Positions 49,524 to 62,760 of a DNA stretch of 64,000 bases are shown here, piece after piece (within the stretch, counting starts at the first letter, position 1; each line of letters starts with the position of its first letter). The position numbers and the translations under genes were made by a program. The notes under the pieces were generated by a model. That model was not told the DNA's origin and searched no databases. It worked only from the letters and a program-made list of their open reading frames with translations. Source of the stretch: Owenia fusiformis (Eukaryota); NCBI GenBank assembly GCA_903813345.2, contig CAIIXF020000001.1:17484001-17548000 (forward strand). The letters run 5' to 3'.

Positions 49524-52500
49524 TCATTTTATTCCATACTGCTTAGCTATATTTTCTATTTCCAATTTGGTGTAATTTGTGGGAGGTTTAGTTTTCAAAC
49601 TTGACAAAATGTCCGTCAAAACTGAAAAATAGACATAGCAATTGCATAAAATATATAAACATTTTGGGTTTATCCATTAAGTTTCACCTGATTTTAAAAG
49701 TTAAGTCAGTATGAATTGACCTTGACCTTGACTTTGAATTTTGATATGCTTACTGAAAGGCATCCGTGTTCAACTAATATTTTACTTGCCGACTTACAAT
49801 ATAAATTTCAATTTGACATCATCGCAGCTTCTCCTTAAACAATGTTCTCAATTGGATGCAAAATTCATTTTTCACAATTAAGTTCAAAATAGGTCAAAAT
49901 ATGCCTAATTTTTTCATAATTTTTCTCATTGTGAGCATGAATTGGAATTGAAAAGTTCAAAATTGATGCTGAGTGCCCACTTAGGCTTAAATATTTGGGA
50001 ATTACTGAATATATCCGAAAGTAGTTCTACTTGCCCCATCTTATAAACACCTTAAACCATACAACACTTACCTTGTTTTTCTTGGCTTGACATGAACATG
50101 GCAATCACATCAAACCTCTGAACTTTGGAGAGAAACTTCAGGATATCTAGGGTCTCTACAACTTTACCTGAAAATGAAGCAGGCATATTTTTAGGGTATA
50201 TTATGGTTAGATAATAATTATCAGACAAAATTTCATACTACATAAATGAGTTTGAGGTTCTCAATACAGAATATTAGATCATTTTGAGTGATATCGATTT
50301 CTTCTTGATGAGTTGATATCAACACAAGTGATTGAAGCAAATGAGAGTTGACATTTGATCTAAATAAAATGTTATGAAAGAAATGATCTGATATTGAGCA
50401 TTCCATGACTATAATCAAATTGTTATTTTGATTCAACTTCCACCATATTTTAATTTTGAAGTACATATGTTACAAACAAACAAGCTTTAGTTGGAACAAG
50501 AGTACATCTCCTCTAACTTATTTGAGTGGAAGTAATAACAAAAAATAGCCAATGGATAAAGCATCTGGCCCATTCTGGTACTAATCACTCAATCTGATAT
50601 CTCCAGATGAGAGGGGTACAACATTTTAATTGTGATGATTCTCATATTTATCGCCCTAAGATGTTGAAACATTACAATGTTACATAACATTCTATTGTCA
50701 TTGCTTTTATTGTTCATGGAGTGTGTAGCAGTTTGGGACAATATTCCATATTTCTGTACTTCAGAGTTCAGACATGAGGTAGTGAATTGTACAAGTAAAT
50801 CTGATCTCTGACAAGATGAAAATTCCAATGAACTCATTCATCTAAGTGTACGAACCAAAATTTAGGATTACAAGTTAATTAAATACGTAAGGCTTGTTTG
50901 TTTCAGATTTTTGTTGAACATCATTTTGTAAAAAAAATCTTATTAGATTAAATATACATAACATTCATTGACATCCCCTCATCAGATAGATTCAACTCTT
51001 ACCTTCCTTATTGTAATCTTCTACACACTTCACTATAATACTAAACATCCCTCCATCCAGTTTATTACTCAGGACTGAAACAAAACAAAACACAGGATTA
51101 TAACTTGCAATACACTATACTGTATACACAGCAGTAGGTATAATTTCTATGTTCATAAAAAATCATATACTACATTTAGTCCTTTGGGAGTAGACAAGTT
51201 AGCTGAATGGTAAAGGAAAAATCCTGCATTAAAGTCAAAATTAAGTAAACATTGCATTCAAAATTCGTATGGCTGTCTCTCTAATTATCTCTAAATAACT
51301 TCAGAGAAATAATTTCTAAATACATGTCTACAGTACTATGTAATCTGAAAATAGAAGTGATTAAACCTGCACATCGCTCCAAAACGCAATATGTTGACAT
51401 ATATTGTTTTTACATTTTCAAGCTCTAATATAAAGTTTATGTATATAAAAATTGTTTTTTTCTGCGTAATATCAAAGAACAATCATTTAGTTGAAAAAAT
51501 AAAAAGGCGAATGCGGGATTCGAACCCGGGCCTCCCGCGTGCTCAGCGAGGATTCTACCGCTACACCACCGTATTACTATAAGGCCATAAGAAGTAGATT
51601 CTTTGTTTTGCGTCCCCTTGCTTGCACGATTTTGAGTAAATCAGAAAAAACAAACACATCCAAATAGCAATCACAAGGATCTGAATGTACCATCACATTT
51701 CTTTCAATTAGAATCAGAAGAAATGGCGGATAATTTGATGTGCGTCAAAATTGACAGTATTATTGATTACGTTGGCATACATTTTGTATTTTCTTATTTT
51801 GTACCCTTGAATAATATAGTTTAAATTATTATATAATAATAAACATAGATATGTCTTCGTAATTACTGCAAATTGGTATGTCATCCCATTTTATTCCCTT
51901 AAAATGTATACATTTCTCAGCAAACAAGTTTGTGTTTTTTCTTGAGTTTGTGTTTGTTTTCCTTGTACCCTTGCATGGTTTTGATTTTGCCAAGACGCAA
52001 AACAAAGAATCTACTTCTTATGGCCTAAGTAGTGTATGTAATTAAACGCTACTTATTTTGAATGCTATGATTCGGAAGTGACGTCACGTTCTTCATTTAG
52101 AAACCTTTCCAAAATCATATTGCGGCTCCGATCGAAGCAAATTCAATGAAAAATCTTTGAAATGACACATTTATCGTAAGTATTTCTACACAAGATTTGC
52201 CCCATTTGTTCATCATTCTATAATCTTTCATTAAGCTCAAAATGATAAAGTTCACCCCCGAAACAACCCAAGATTGCGTTTTGGAGCGTAGTCCAGCTTT
52301 AAATATAAATACATGCATGTTGTAAATGACTATACCTTTGGGGATATTTTTGGGCTTTAGCTGACTGAGAATTTTGGCATATGGAGCTATCTCAGTGGAA
52401 CCTTTCAGTGAGTTCCAAGCAGTCATGAACTCATATGGTGTAGGCTTACTGCTCAGGTGTGGTGTAGAAGGTGCTGCCTTAGGTAAACCTGCAACATGTG

Positions 52501-55500
52501 CAGACTTCAGCTTATCATTCAAGCAAAAACTATTACATTAATAAAATAATAAAAAACAGAAAGTGAAATTAAGTCAGACCCAATGTCTTTGAATGTATTC
52601 TTTAATCTAAATATACATACTTCTTTTGAAATTATTCTACATTGCTTAAACTGAACTGAAACTGAAAGACACTATACATTTTTCTTAGTAATTTCTCAAT
52701 AATATGTAACTTGACTCTGTTTAGGTTTAGAATTTAGTGAATGAAATATTTTACCTGCACTAGTTTCCACCAGAGTGCTTGCTTTTTTCACCTGTTCCTT
52801 TTGCTTCTTGTCTTTTCCAGGTGTCTTTTCTGGACTTCCTGCTCGTTTGCCATCAATACCTTTTGTTATTGTAGATTTCAATTCAGTTATTTTTTGGGTT
52901 ATTTTTCCCGGGGATTTTTTCGCCTCTTTCCTCTCATCATCTGAAGAGCTCCCCACTTCCTCAATGGTGATTTTCTTGCCTCTGGTCAGAGAAGCACTTG
53001 AGCCAGGGGACTTCATTTCAGTCAATTGCTGAAATTAGAATGTGAATCGCAATTATTATGGCATACAGTAAGTGCAAAAATATTGAAGATTCAATAAAAC
53101 ATCAAGAAGTGAAAATGACCAGAGCTCTCTCATAGCACAGTAGTTTTCCAACACTGATCCGCCCTGACTTCTACCTCATTTTCCCTTGACCTGATGATAA
53201 ATGGAATAACATAACAGTAATGACATGTTATACTGCAAATCAGTATTGTATCACTATGCTATGTGCTACATATGACTGAAAATGAACAAATGATTGATTT
53301 GTCTACCGGATATGCAGAATAATTGCTCATCTCTTTTCACTCTGACAAACTATTTAAAACTGGCTGCTGGACAAGTATCCCTGCTTTCTCAAAACAATTT
53401 TGCATCTTAAATTCCCTCCACAATTTAGTCAACTTTGAGATAAGATGAAATTTTTAGATAAGGGAAATATAATTTTGTTTTCCCCAAAAATGTTCCAACA
53501 AAATTTCATACCTTTTTGTAATACTGTTTCACCACATCAGCTTCTTTCTTAGCAGCAGAGTTCTTAGGGTCAAGTTTCAGCAATGTCATGAGATCTTCCA
53601 AACTTTCCTTATACTGCATGAGCATCTGAAATATGGAAATTTACAACATTAGGTACCAGATCGATACTTTTACATAGTCCCAAAACATAACACATAACAT
53701 ATAAGTTTGTATTGACATGTATTGACACCCAACTCATAAAATCGAATATTCTTTATTTTCTTTATAAATTAAAGCTCCTTTTCAAAATTGATGTATGATA
53801 GAGACCAATTTTCAATGTGCATGTGAACCTTTGGTCTGTGTTTTCTATGTACCAGTATATACATGATTTTACCACATTTCTCTCACTCTGACAGGTAATC
53901 TACATCTTCAGAAAGAGAACCATAATAGCTATAAACAGTCAATTAGTTTTAAGCCGGACTCTACCTTTCTAGCTTGAGCTCTCCTGAACAAAGCCTTGAT
54001 ATTCTGTGGCTCATATTTCAGCACCACCTTACAGTCTTGTTCAGCTTGTTGAGGTTTGTTTATCCTCAGGTAGCACAGGGCACGGTTAGTGTAGCTAACA
54101 GGTCTTTCTGGGGCCAGTGAAATACATCCAGTGTAACACTCTATAGCCCGACTGAAGTTACTCTGAAAAATTCAAAGTATTCAAAATTCAAAGTATGTAT
54201 ACAATTTCTAGATTGACACAATTGTGTATCATAACAATGAAACTGATTTCAAAAGAACACCCATGGAAAATATGAATGTGGTAAAGAACTATAAGGTTAA
54301 GCTTTTCAAATTAGTGGTATTTTAATTTTCTACTAATGATTTATTTCCATAGAAAAATATAAATAAAACATACATGTGTTGCAGTATTTTAATACATCCA
54401 ATATTTGTGGTTATATACACCCTTACCTTCTGTACACAGTCATTCCCCTGAGCTTTTAGGTTATCAAATTTGGCATCAATGTCCTCCCCATTCCCAGTGA
54501 GCAGATTTGTCACAGTTGAACTTGCTTTTTGAGACTCAGAAACAGCTGCCTACATTAAAAATTACATAATTTACTAGAATGCCTTTAAATGGACATTGGC
54601 CTTTCTGAAGCTGACATTCATTTTATGTTTAAACTTACATAAATAGCGAACTGAGCGACATTTAGCATCATTGAAATCTAAATCGAAAAATACGACATTT
54701 AATTTATATCTAGATTCAATAGGTGATAAACCCTAAATGAAAGCTCTTTCTACTTACTTGTGTGGTGGTGACATTTGTTGTGATGGTGGTTGATTTTGCT
54801 AATCCACTTCCAGACATTGTTGTTATCACTGGGATTTCATGCTTTTGGATAGGGGGAATTGTGGGTAGTTTTTCCCGCCATTTTGTGCCATCGAGGGCAT
54901 TAAGCATTTGGCTGCACCTGGATGAACCCTGCATGGCATTGTCAACGCTGTTGTCAACTTGGAGCACATGTTTGTAGTCGATATATGCTAACTGATATCT
55001 GAAATATAGATGAACCATAAGTAGCTCAGATTTATATGACATAAACTCTTCCATCCTCCGATCACGGGGTTTCAAAATGCAGAATATCTTCTTTCTTTTT
55101 ACACCCCACTATAAGCAGTAGGCATTTCCCCGATTAAGAACTCGCAATTTGATGTATACGTCGTCGGTGCATAATTAGATCACACGACTCAGTTTAATCC
55201 GGCGCTTCCAAATTGGTTATAGCAGGGGGGAAGAAGGAGGTAGGATTCTGGACACCTGCTTAGGAGGATGAAACTCTTTCTCATGCTATTATCTGCTTGA
55301 ATTTGCAATTCTTATCAGCTTATCACTGACCTAATTTTAAAGAAGAAGATCATGTTTGGGCGAGCTGGATTCAGCTGAGGATAAGCCAATGATCAGACTG
55401 GATAAGAAAAAGAAGAATTGATTTGTTCCTGCTGTAAGTGAACCCACTGACCTCCTCGACTTGAATCCAGGGAAATCTGCCAGCATGACTGGACAAAAAG

Positions 55501-58500
55501 CCCATCTTAGAAATTCTTTTTTAATAAATAATTACAAAATCCTGCATAATGCTATTGAGTTACAAGACTTACTTTTCCATAGTCTCATATGCAGCAGCTC
55601 TTCGTAGGAGAGGTTTCAATGAATGAGGTACGAGATCTAGAGCCTTGGAACAGTCATCTACACAACCTCTGCAGTCCCCTATCTTAGTCTTACAAGCTGC
55701 TCTGTTACTGTACAATGTGGAGATGTTCACCTTCTGTTTGTCTTTAGCTACAATAAATGGTATAACTTTCAAGGTACAACCAAACTTCATAGAAATATGC
55801 TTTACAGCTAAAAATTACTGAGACAAGATTGGGAACATATATTAGATTAGATCAAGTTATTTGAATGTAGTTTTATGATCATAACATTTTAATGAAGTGA
55901 TAAGATTTTTAACTACATTATTCCTTTACATCAATGGAAATTATATCAAGAAGGATATGACTAGAACATTAGTCACTCTGACACTGACAAGACCTGAGAA
56001 AATCAAACTCAACAGAAGTATTCTCCAGATTTGTATCAGGTTTGCACTTTACATGTAGAGGGTTATGGTACTAGTATACACTCAAGACTACAGTGGTGTT
56101 ATGGTAGAATTTATGTTATAGTGGATGGCTGTTACATATCATACCAGGTAGCAGTTTCTCAATTGCCAAATTGTACTTCTCCACAGCATGTGCATACTGT
56201 CCTGTCTTGAACAGTTCATTTCCACTTTCCTTTAGTCTTCCTACACTGGATGGCAGAGGTGGCATCTCAAACACAGGCCTCTTTAATTCATCCGTTGGTG
56301 TCTCCTCAACAACAACAGCATCAATAACCTTTTCAGTGCCTTTCTTAGGATCATTAATTTTATCAGTATCTTCACCCCTAAGACATGACATTTTAGTCAT
56401 AGCTCCTCCATCTGTTTGTTCACGTTTCTTTATAGTTCCTTCACCCTGAGATTTTGAGTCGATTTCCATAGTGTTTTCTGGCTTGTTGATTAGATCAACA
56501 GGAGTTGAACTTTGTTCTGTATTAGCATGTCCATTCACCATAGGTGGCTCAGAGGTATTAGTTGTAGCTTGAGTAGATTGCTCTTCTTCTGATTCTGAGT
56601 CACTATCCGTCTCAACTATCTGTATCTTCTTGCCTTTCTTGGTGACAACTGGACTGTCTTCTCTGAAATAGTAAGGCATGCACCGACCTTTAATAACTGT
56701 ACTATTTGATGGGCTCACATAGTGAAACAAGGCATCAACATGACAAAATGTTACCACTTTGTAAGTTATTGCAAATTGCTACAGACATTGAACTCTGACT
56801 GGCAACTATTGAACACTGTCCACAAAAAATTGGAGACTATTGTCAATATGTTACCACTTGTGGTGCTGACATAAAAACTAATTTTCATAAAATAAGGCAA
56901 AAGAAGAGGAGCCAGGACCTGGACCTACAAAAATTGAGCATTAGTTCAGATAAATAGCAGTTTTCTTTGTCCGAAAATTGTTGATGGAAAGATAAATGGA
57001 AGGACAAACAGAGGAATAAATAAAAATTTTAGAGTAAGATTAAAAAAATTAACTTATTAATTTTTCTGAATTCCACTAACTTTTTTTGTTCCTCATCTGA
57101 TTCTTCCATCTCGTCCACCTCTTCAATGACCATTCTCGTTCCTTTCTCCTTCTTCTCAGCTAGTTTCCTGTTCAGACTGGCAAGAATATCCTACAGGTAG
57201 AAGTTAAAAGGATACATTGTAAAAATGGGCAGATTTCGAGTGTACATTCGATTGTGTTGTACATATTCAATGGTTTTCAAGAGTGCATTGTTCAAATGAG
57301 CCTTGGTTCATGAAGGATTAATGCATGTATGTATGTTAAAAAATCTACAGGAAAATAAATTTCAACAAAGGAAAAATGTAGACCTAACTAAAGCACAGAG
57401 TATATGTCTCATAATTATATCTGCTGCACAAAAGGTCTGTTATCTACCTCCTATATTGTATATGGCATGCTGCGTGACTCTACAAGCATCCCAAATCTTA
57501 GGAGGAACATGTTAATATAGAGTACATCAACAATTAATTTGACAAAAAATGACCATACACTGGGTTATCTTGAAAAGTAAGCATGCATTCGGTAAAATAA
57601 TTCTTTGAAAATATCTCAATTTCTTCTTTCTTTTACAAGCAATTTTTACCTTGGCACGTTTGTTAATTGGCTCAAGGGCCAGGACCTTCTGTATATCTGT
57701 CTTAGCATTCACATAGTCCTTCTTTCCCTCTCGAGCAACACCTCTTCTTAAGAAAGCTACAATACGAAACTCACATTGCAATATGGACATCAAAATGTAA
57801 CCTCACATTGAGATAATACAACACATGATCGAGATATCAGAAATGTCTCATATAATAATAATTGAGATCTTCAATTTACAAGTAAAATTATTAATTTAAT
57901 TTCTTCCGAGTGGAATTGGATCACCACTTAAGACACTGTTACCTCCGCTTGGACCTTAAACCAGAATTAACAAACTGAATCTATAAATTCTTTTTGGCTA
58001 AATTGGCAATTTGAGGAATTTTCATCCATATTTTCAATCTGCAAAACTGAATGAACAATTTTGAATATAATATATGTCCTACCTTTTATATTATCAGGCT
58101 CGAGGCTAAGCACTGTATTGCAGTCTTTGATAGCCTCATCCCAATGTTTTAACTTCAGATCTGAAAAAAGGAACAATATGGATATCTGTCTATCAGGTGG
58201 TCAAATACTTGTTTTGAAACAAAAAGCCATGCCTCTGATTTTTCCTACAACTCAATATACCATTATAAATTTCAATAATTTCTCAGGTTACTTGTTCATG
58301 TTCAATAAAATCTTGAGCCCAGATTCAATTTCAAAAAACTGATCCAAATCCCCAGCTTTAAAATCTTAGATCTCGGATTCATTTTCCATTTCAATCCCTT
58401 AACCAGGATTTTTGGGGACAAAATCTCAACCAGGCAGTATTGAAAAATGCATCCATTTAAGATCACAGAAACATGCAGATGATTACTCAAGCTTACATGC

Positions 58501-61500
58501 CAGGGCTCTGTTGTTGAAGGATGCAGCAGTTGAAATGAGAGAGAGGCTCCGGGAATAGTATGTTATAGACTCCTCAAAGTCACCACAACGGAATGCCTAG
58601 AAAGAGAAAAATTTTGATTATTGAATGAATGAACTTCATTACATAGTCATCAGTGAAGCTGATCAAACCATAATCTGCACTGTTTGTTCAATAACTGCAG
58701 TTTAAAATGGTTAAAGCACTTTTTACATCAGCCCTATGATGACAAGATGTAACATTTCATATTATACTTATATAACATGGCAACAAGCAATTTGATAGAT
58801 TGGTTTAGAGTCCATGAATTGAATTGAATTGAAAGAGTAATATACAGCACAAAACCTATATCCAGACAACTGAGTGTCACAGAGTAATTCTAAATCAATA
58901 CAAACCTCATTGCCTTTATCCTTTTCTCTGTTTGCTTTCAGCTGTCTTTCTTCAGGAGTCATGTCTATAACAGAAGCAGACATTAAAATAAAGTCAAAGG
59001 AATTCAATACTATGTTTACAATTTGTTGTTTTTCATAAATAACACATGAGAAATTCTTGGGAACAAATGACATGTTAAATGTGTCCACACACAATTTCCC
59101 AATTGCTGTACTAATGCAATCTGGATCCATTTTACTGGAGAAAGTTGGTTAACCAAGGGTAAAGACAGAGAACATATTTAAATTGAAAAATAGTTTAACA
59201 GTTTCCATAATGATTATAAGACAAAAAGGTTGTTTTCAACGCATTGTACATTTATAAGAAAAAATCACAATGCTCACTGACATTGTAGAATGTGTATTGT
59301 TATTGTATATATTATAAATTGTGTAAACCAGAACAACTGCAACGCCAAAGCGTAGCGAATCCCATCGAACAGCCATGGATGGCATTTTTACAAACAAAGT
59401 TTATAGCAAAAATGGCAGGCATTTTTCAAAATGGCTGCCTTCTACCAAAAGTGTCATTAGACCATTTGCCATACTTATAGTATTCACATACCAAATATGA
59501 ACAAAATTGCTCCACTACTTTTTGAGTTATAGTAAAATACGTTAAAATGGCGGCTATTTTTCAAAATGGCCGCCTTCTACCAAAAGTGTCATTAGACAGT
59601 GTGCCATGCTTACAGTATTCACATACCAAATATGAACAAAATCGTTTCACTACTTTTCGAATTATTATAAAATACATTAAAATGGCGGCCATTTTTCAAA
59701 TTTTTTTTCAAAATGGCCACCTTCTACTAAAAGTGTCATAGGATAGTGTGTCATGCTTTTAGTATTCACATACCAAATATGAACAAAATCGCTCCACTAT
59801 ACTTTTCAAGTTATAGTAAAATACGTTAAAATTTCTACCAAAAGTATCATTAGACAGTGTGCCATCCTTATAGTATTCACATACCAAATATGAACAAAAT
59901 CGCTTCACTACTTTTCGAGTTATAGTAAAATAGGTTAAAATGGCGGCCATTTTTCAAAATGGCAGACATTTTTTAAAATGGCCACCTTTTACCAAAAGTG
60001 TCTTTAGACAGTGTGCAATGTTTATAGTATTCACATACCAAATATGAACAAAATCGCTCCACTACTTTTCGAGTTACAGCAAAAATCGTAAAATAACGAG
60101 TAAAGGCCGCCATTTTTCAAGATGGCTGCCATGTGCTTCTTTAATATCTACATTTCTAGCTTTATTAATGTCCTATATAATTTTTTTACATCTAAAACAT
60201 ATTGCTATTACAGTTTTACATATTGCACCTAAATTCCTGTAAATTCGGCACTAAAATGGCCGCTATTTTGAAATGCTTTCGAGCAGAACTTCTAGCCCCA
60301 TAGGGTATATGTGTACAAAATATGAACAAAATCGGGCCAACGGTATTTGAGTTATTGCCCGGACGGACAGATGGACGGAGGCGTTCCCTGTATCCCTCCG
60401 AACTTCTTTCGATTGGATAATTACCTTTATCTGATATTGTGCTGCTGATGTCACCCAGTCCTGTTTTGCTGTCTCCCATTTTTTTAACTTTCTCTTTGGC
60501 ATCTTTATCAACCTTTTCACATTCCCCCTCAATGTCAAACTTATCCCATTCGTTGTAGCTTCTAGGCTTAACAGACTTCTTTTTCTGAGATTCATTCTTA
60601 GCTGCAGTCTGGAAAAGAACAGTAGTTCACTGAAGGCATGTACAGTATTAGCATATTATCCGATAATTTGGTATTCAAAAATTTGGTTGAAAGTTCTTAT
60701 CCACTGCATTGACAAGAACATGATAAAAAATTAATGGTACACATGTATGTTTAAAATAAGTGTAGTAAAAGATCTCCTCAAAGTGCAATTGTTCATACAC
60801 ATACATGTAGGAGTTTATTTCAATAATCATGTAACCAATCATAAAGTTACCTTTTTATCAATTGGGATACTTTGTCCAGTGCCTCTAATGGGTGGAAGTT
60901 CTGGTTCCTGGCCACCATCTGCCACTTTCATTGTCTTAATGTGCATCTCTAAGTCTTTCGTCTCCTGATGCCAGTCCTTAAGTTCATTGTCGAGGGCAGC
61001 TTGTTCCTCATATGTTAAATCTGCTTTCGTTGAGATAGGTTTAGATTTCCTCAACACACGACTACAAAGTGTTATAAAGGACATAGTATACATGTACAGT
61101 ATATTTATATTTCGTAGGTTTTGAAAATGTCCTACCTAACCTAATAGAATGGATGTTGGCTCATTACTATTCTGACTACTCAGATTTCCTGTATTTTCCT
61201 GCAATGTTAGTTGGGTAAAATTTGTACTAGTTTTAGCTGATTTTTTTGTTGTTATGGGAATGAGAATGCAACATGCTCTAAACAGACAATCATAATGGAC
61301 TTCATCATTCATTGCTCTGTATTTCATAACTAATGCTTTAATCAATTTCCTGGTGAGAACCCAGGGATTTATAACAAGTTGTTAACAAATAACCTATATT
61401 TAAATAAAAAATATACAAACACATTGCCTACCTATTTGGATTGATTTCTCCTATTTTTTCCTCACATAATTGCTCCAAGTCTGGGTAGTGGCCTTCCTCC

Positions 61501-61890
61501 TTTGACCTTTAATATATTGTAGAGCTAATTTGTTAACATTCATTTTAATTTCTAGTCTGGTTTTATGAAAACAATAAATGTCAAAAGGTATAGCTTGTAA
61601 TAGTGTGCCATGCCTGTCTCTATTCTCTAATTACTTTAAGTTTTAATATAATTCTCAACATACGTAATTTCATGGTATGCAATTAACTAATTGAAATTAA
61701 ATTCTTGACATTTGACAGATTTATAACATATATTTTAACAGGAAAAGACTATGCCTTACCTCAATGCCTTGAGAATTTTTTCAAGTTCTTTTAGGTCAGA
61801 ACAGCCTCTTATATAAGTATAGTCGAGGTGGTCCAGAGGAATGTCATACTTTGATGTCACATTCGAAGAAGATAACATGGAAGCACTCAT
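49524..61890 (-). CDS. SPAG1: Sperm-associated antigen 1 (TPR co-chaperone, axonemal dynein assembly factor; RPAP3-like C-terminal domain), 1038 aa; exons 61760-61890, 61432-61506, 60851-61061, 60425-60608, 58906-58964, 58497-58596, 58083-58160, 57650-57756, 57081-57190, 56145-56662, 55573-55747, 54758-54998, 54427-54549, 53965-54162, 53512-53625, 52755-53028, 52336-52488, 51003-51074, 50072-50167, 49524-49621
   Basis: N-terminus KYDIPLDHLDYTYIRGCSDLKELEKILKALRSKEEGHYPDL, PRSYNEWDKFD, three TPR blocks (ANREKDKGNEAF, LKESGNELFK, LKAQGNDCVQK) and C-terminal TPYEFMTAW..LSNKLDG..LSKVQRFDVIAMFMS..YGIK*; all 19 introns GT-AG with consistent phases (3117 nt). Confidence 0.96.
51506..51572 (-). pseudogene. 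tRNA-derived sequence (tRNA-Gly-like body, AGC at anticodon position) inside the transposon
   Basis: GGTGGTGTAGCGGTAGAATCCTCGCTGAGCACGCGGGAGGCCCGGGTTCGAATCCCG then CATTCGCC and TTTTT; A and B boxes intact, acceptor stem cannot pair. Confidence 0.75.
51583..52025. mobile_element. PIF/Harbinger MITE
   Basis: TAA TSD; perfect 32-bp TIR GGCCATAAGAAGTAGATTCTTTGTTTTGCGTC; a fragment of its right end recurs at ~2731-2810. Confidence 0.9.
55052..55270. mobile_element. Small degenerate MITE with 8-9 bp TSD
   Basis: CATCCTCC / GGAGGATG termini; AAACTCTT on both flanks (55043-55050 / 55271-55278). Confidence 0.55.
59328..60417 (-). mobile_element. Non-autonomous Helitron with internal ~128-bp tandem repeats and (GGAC)n microsatellite
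   Basis: Minus strand: A|TC 5' end at 60417; 3' hairpin GCTACGCTTTGGCGTTGC and CTGG|T at 59328; ~5 repeats containing TAGTATTCACATACCAAATATGAACAAAATCG; relatives at 20607 and 47549. Confidence 0.85.
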
Positions 61891-62403
61891 TGTTCTACTT
61901 GATTTTTGAGTGCTCCCAAATTATTTTACTGGAAAGAAAAATATCAAACTAAGCGCCATGTTCACACCTGGTAATTGGGCAAAAAATCCATTAATGAATA
62001 GGTGTACGGTTTACCTAGTTGCAATCCCATTCTGGTCTTGGGAGCATTCAATAGAAACTCACATTAGATTTCAAAAGTAAAATAAAATGGTGCTAGCCAT
62101 GCACATATTTCTTACCTTAATTGATTCTAAACACAAGCCTAAAAGTGTTCTCAAAGCCAAAAAAGTGGCTGTCTCAAATTGCAGTGATACACACTCCAAT
62201 CTTTAAATCGACCAGTATTCCAAAACTGTATTTCTAAACTGAGGTTACATACTGAATGTAAAATAATTTCTTCTTTTTCGGCTTTGCTAGTTTTTTTTTC
62301 GACTTTTGAAATCTCACGTACGTGAGCTTCTAATTACTTCCTGCAAAAGCTATGTGGATTTTGATATAATAGCTTTGCCATGGCGCACTTGGGGCAGCTG
62401 AAA

Positions 62404-62760
62404 ATAATAATAGTGACCTTTAAAACATGAATAATGAGATCCGCGGCTTACTTTTTCTCTAACTATGTCTTACATCAGTATCATCAATCCGTGCAAGTAT
62501 TGGAGCGCTGAAATACTTCTTTTTCGATCAAGACTTGTAAATTGTTCACAGAGTGAATATTTTTTTGACCCATTTCCAATATGGCGGTCTGGCGGTGAAA
62601 AAACATTCACTCAGCTAACAATTACAAGTCTTGATCGAAAAGGAAGTACTTCAGCGCTCCAATACTTGCACGGAAGGATGATAATGATGTATGACATAGT
62701 TAGAGAACAAAAGTAAGCCGCGGATCAACTTATTCATGTTTCAAAGGTCACTATTATTCA
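62404..62760. mobile_element. Palindromic MITE upstream of the SPAG1 start
   Basis: AATAATAGTGACCTTT.AAACATGAATAA..GATCCGCGGCTTACTTT mirrored at ~62709-62758; arms inverted to the centre. Confidence 0.8.

Larger units (their letters stand above)
51365..52298. mobile_element. Kolobok-type non-autonomous transposon carrying a tRNA-like cassette, interrupted by a Harbinger MITE
   Basis: TTAA TSD (51361-51364 / 52299-52302); imperfect TIR ACCTGCACATCGCTCCAAAACGCAAT vs AGCTGGACTACGCTCCAAAACGCAAT; second copy at 3523-3966. Confidence 0.85.

Noticed and set aside
51506-51572. Functional tRNA gene
   Set aside because: The acceptor stem cannot pair, the anticodon loops differ between the two copies, and both lie inside a transposon.
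52741-56449. Plus-strand ORFs overlapping SPAG1 exons
   Set aside because: Antisense shadows of real coding exons.
59400-60080. CRISPR-like repeat array
   Set aside because: Eukaryotic locus; whole units are repeated with no unique spacers, and there are no cas genes.
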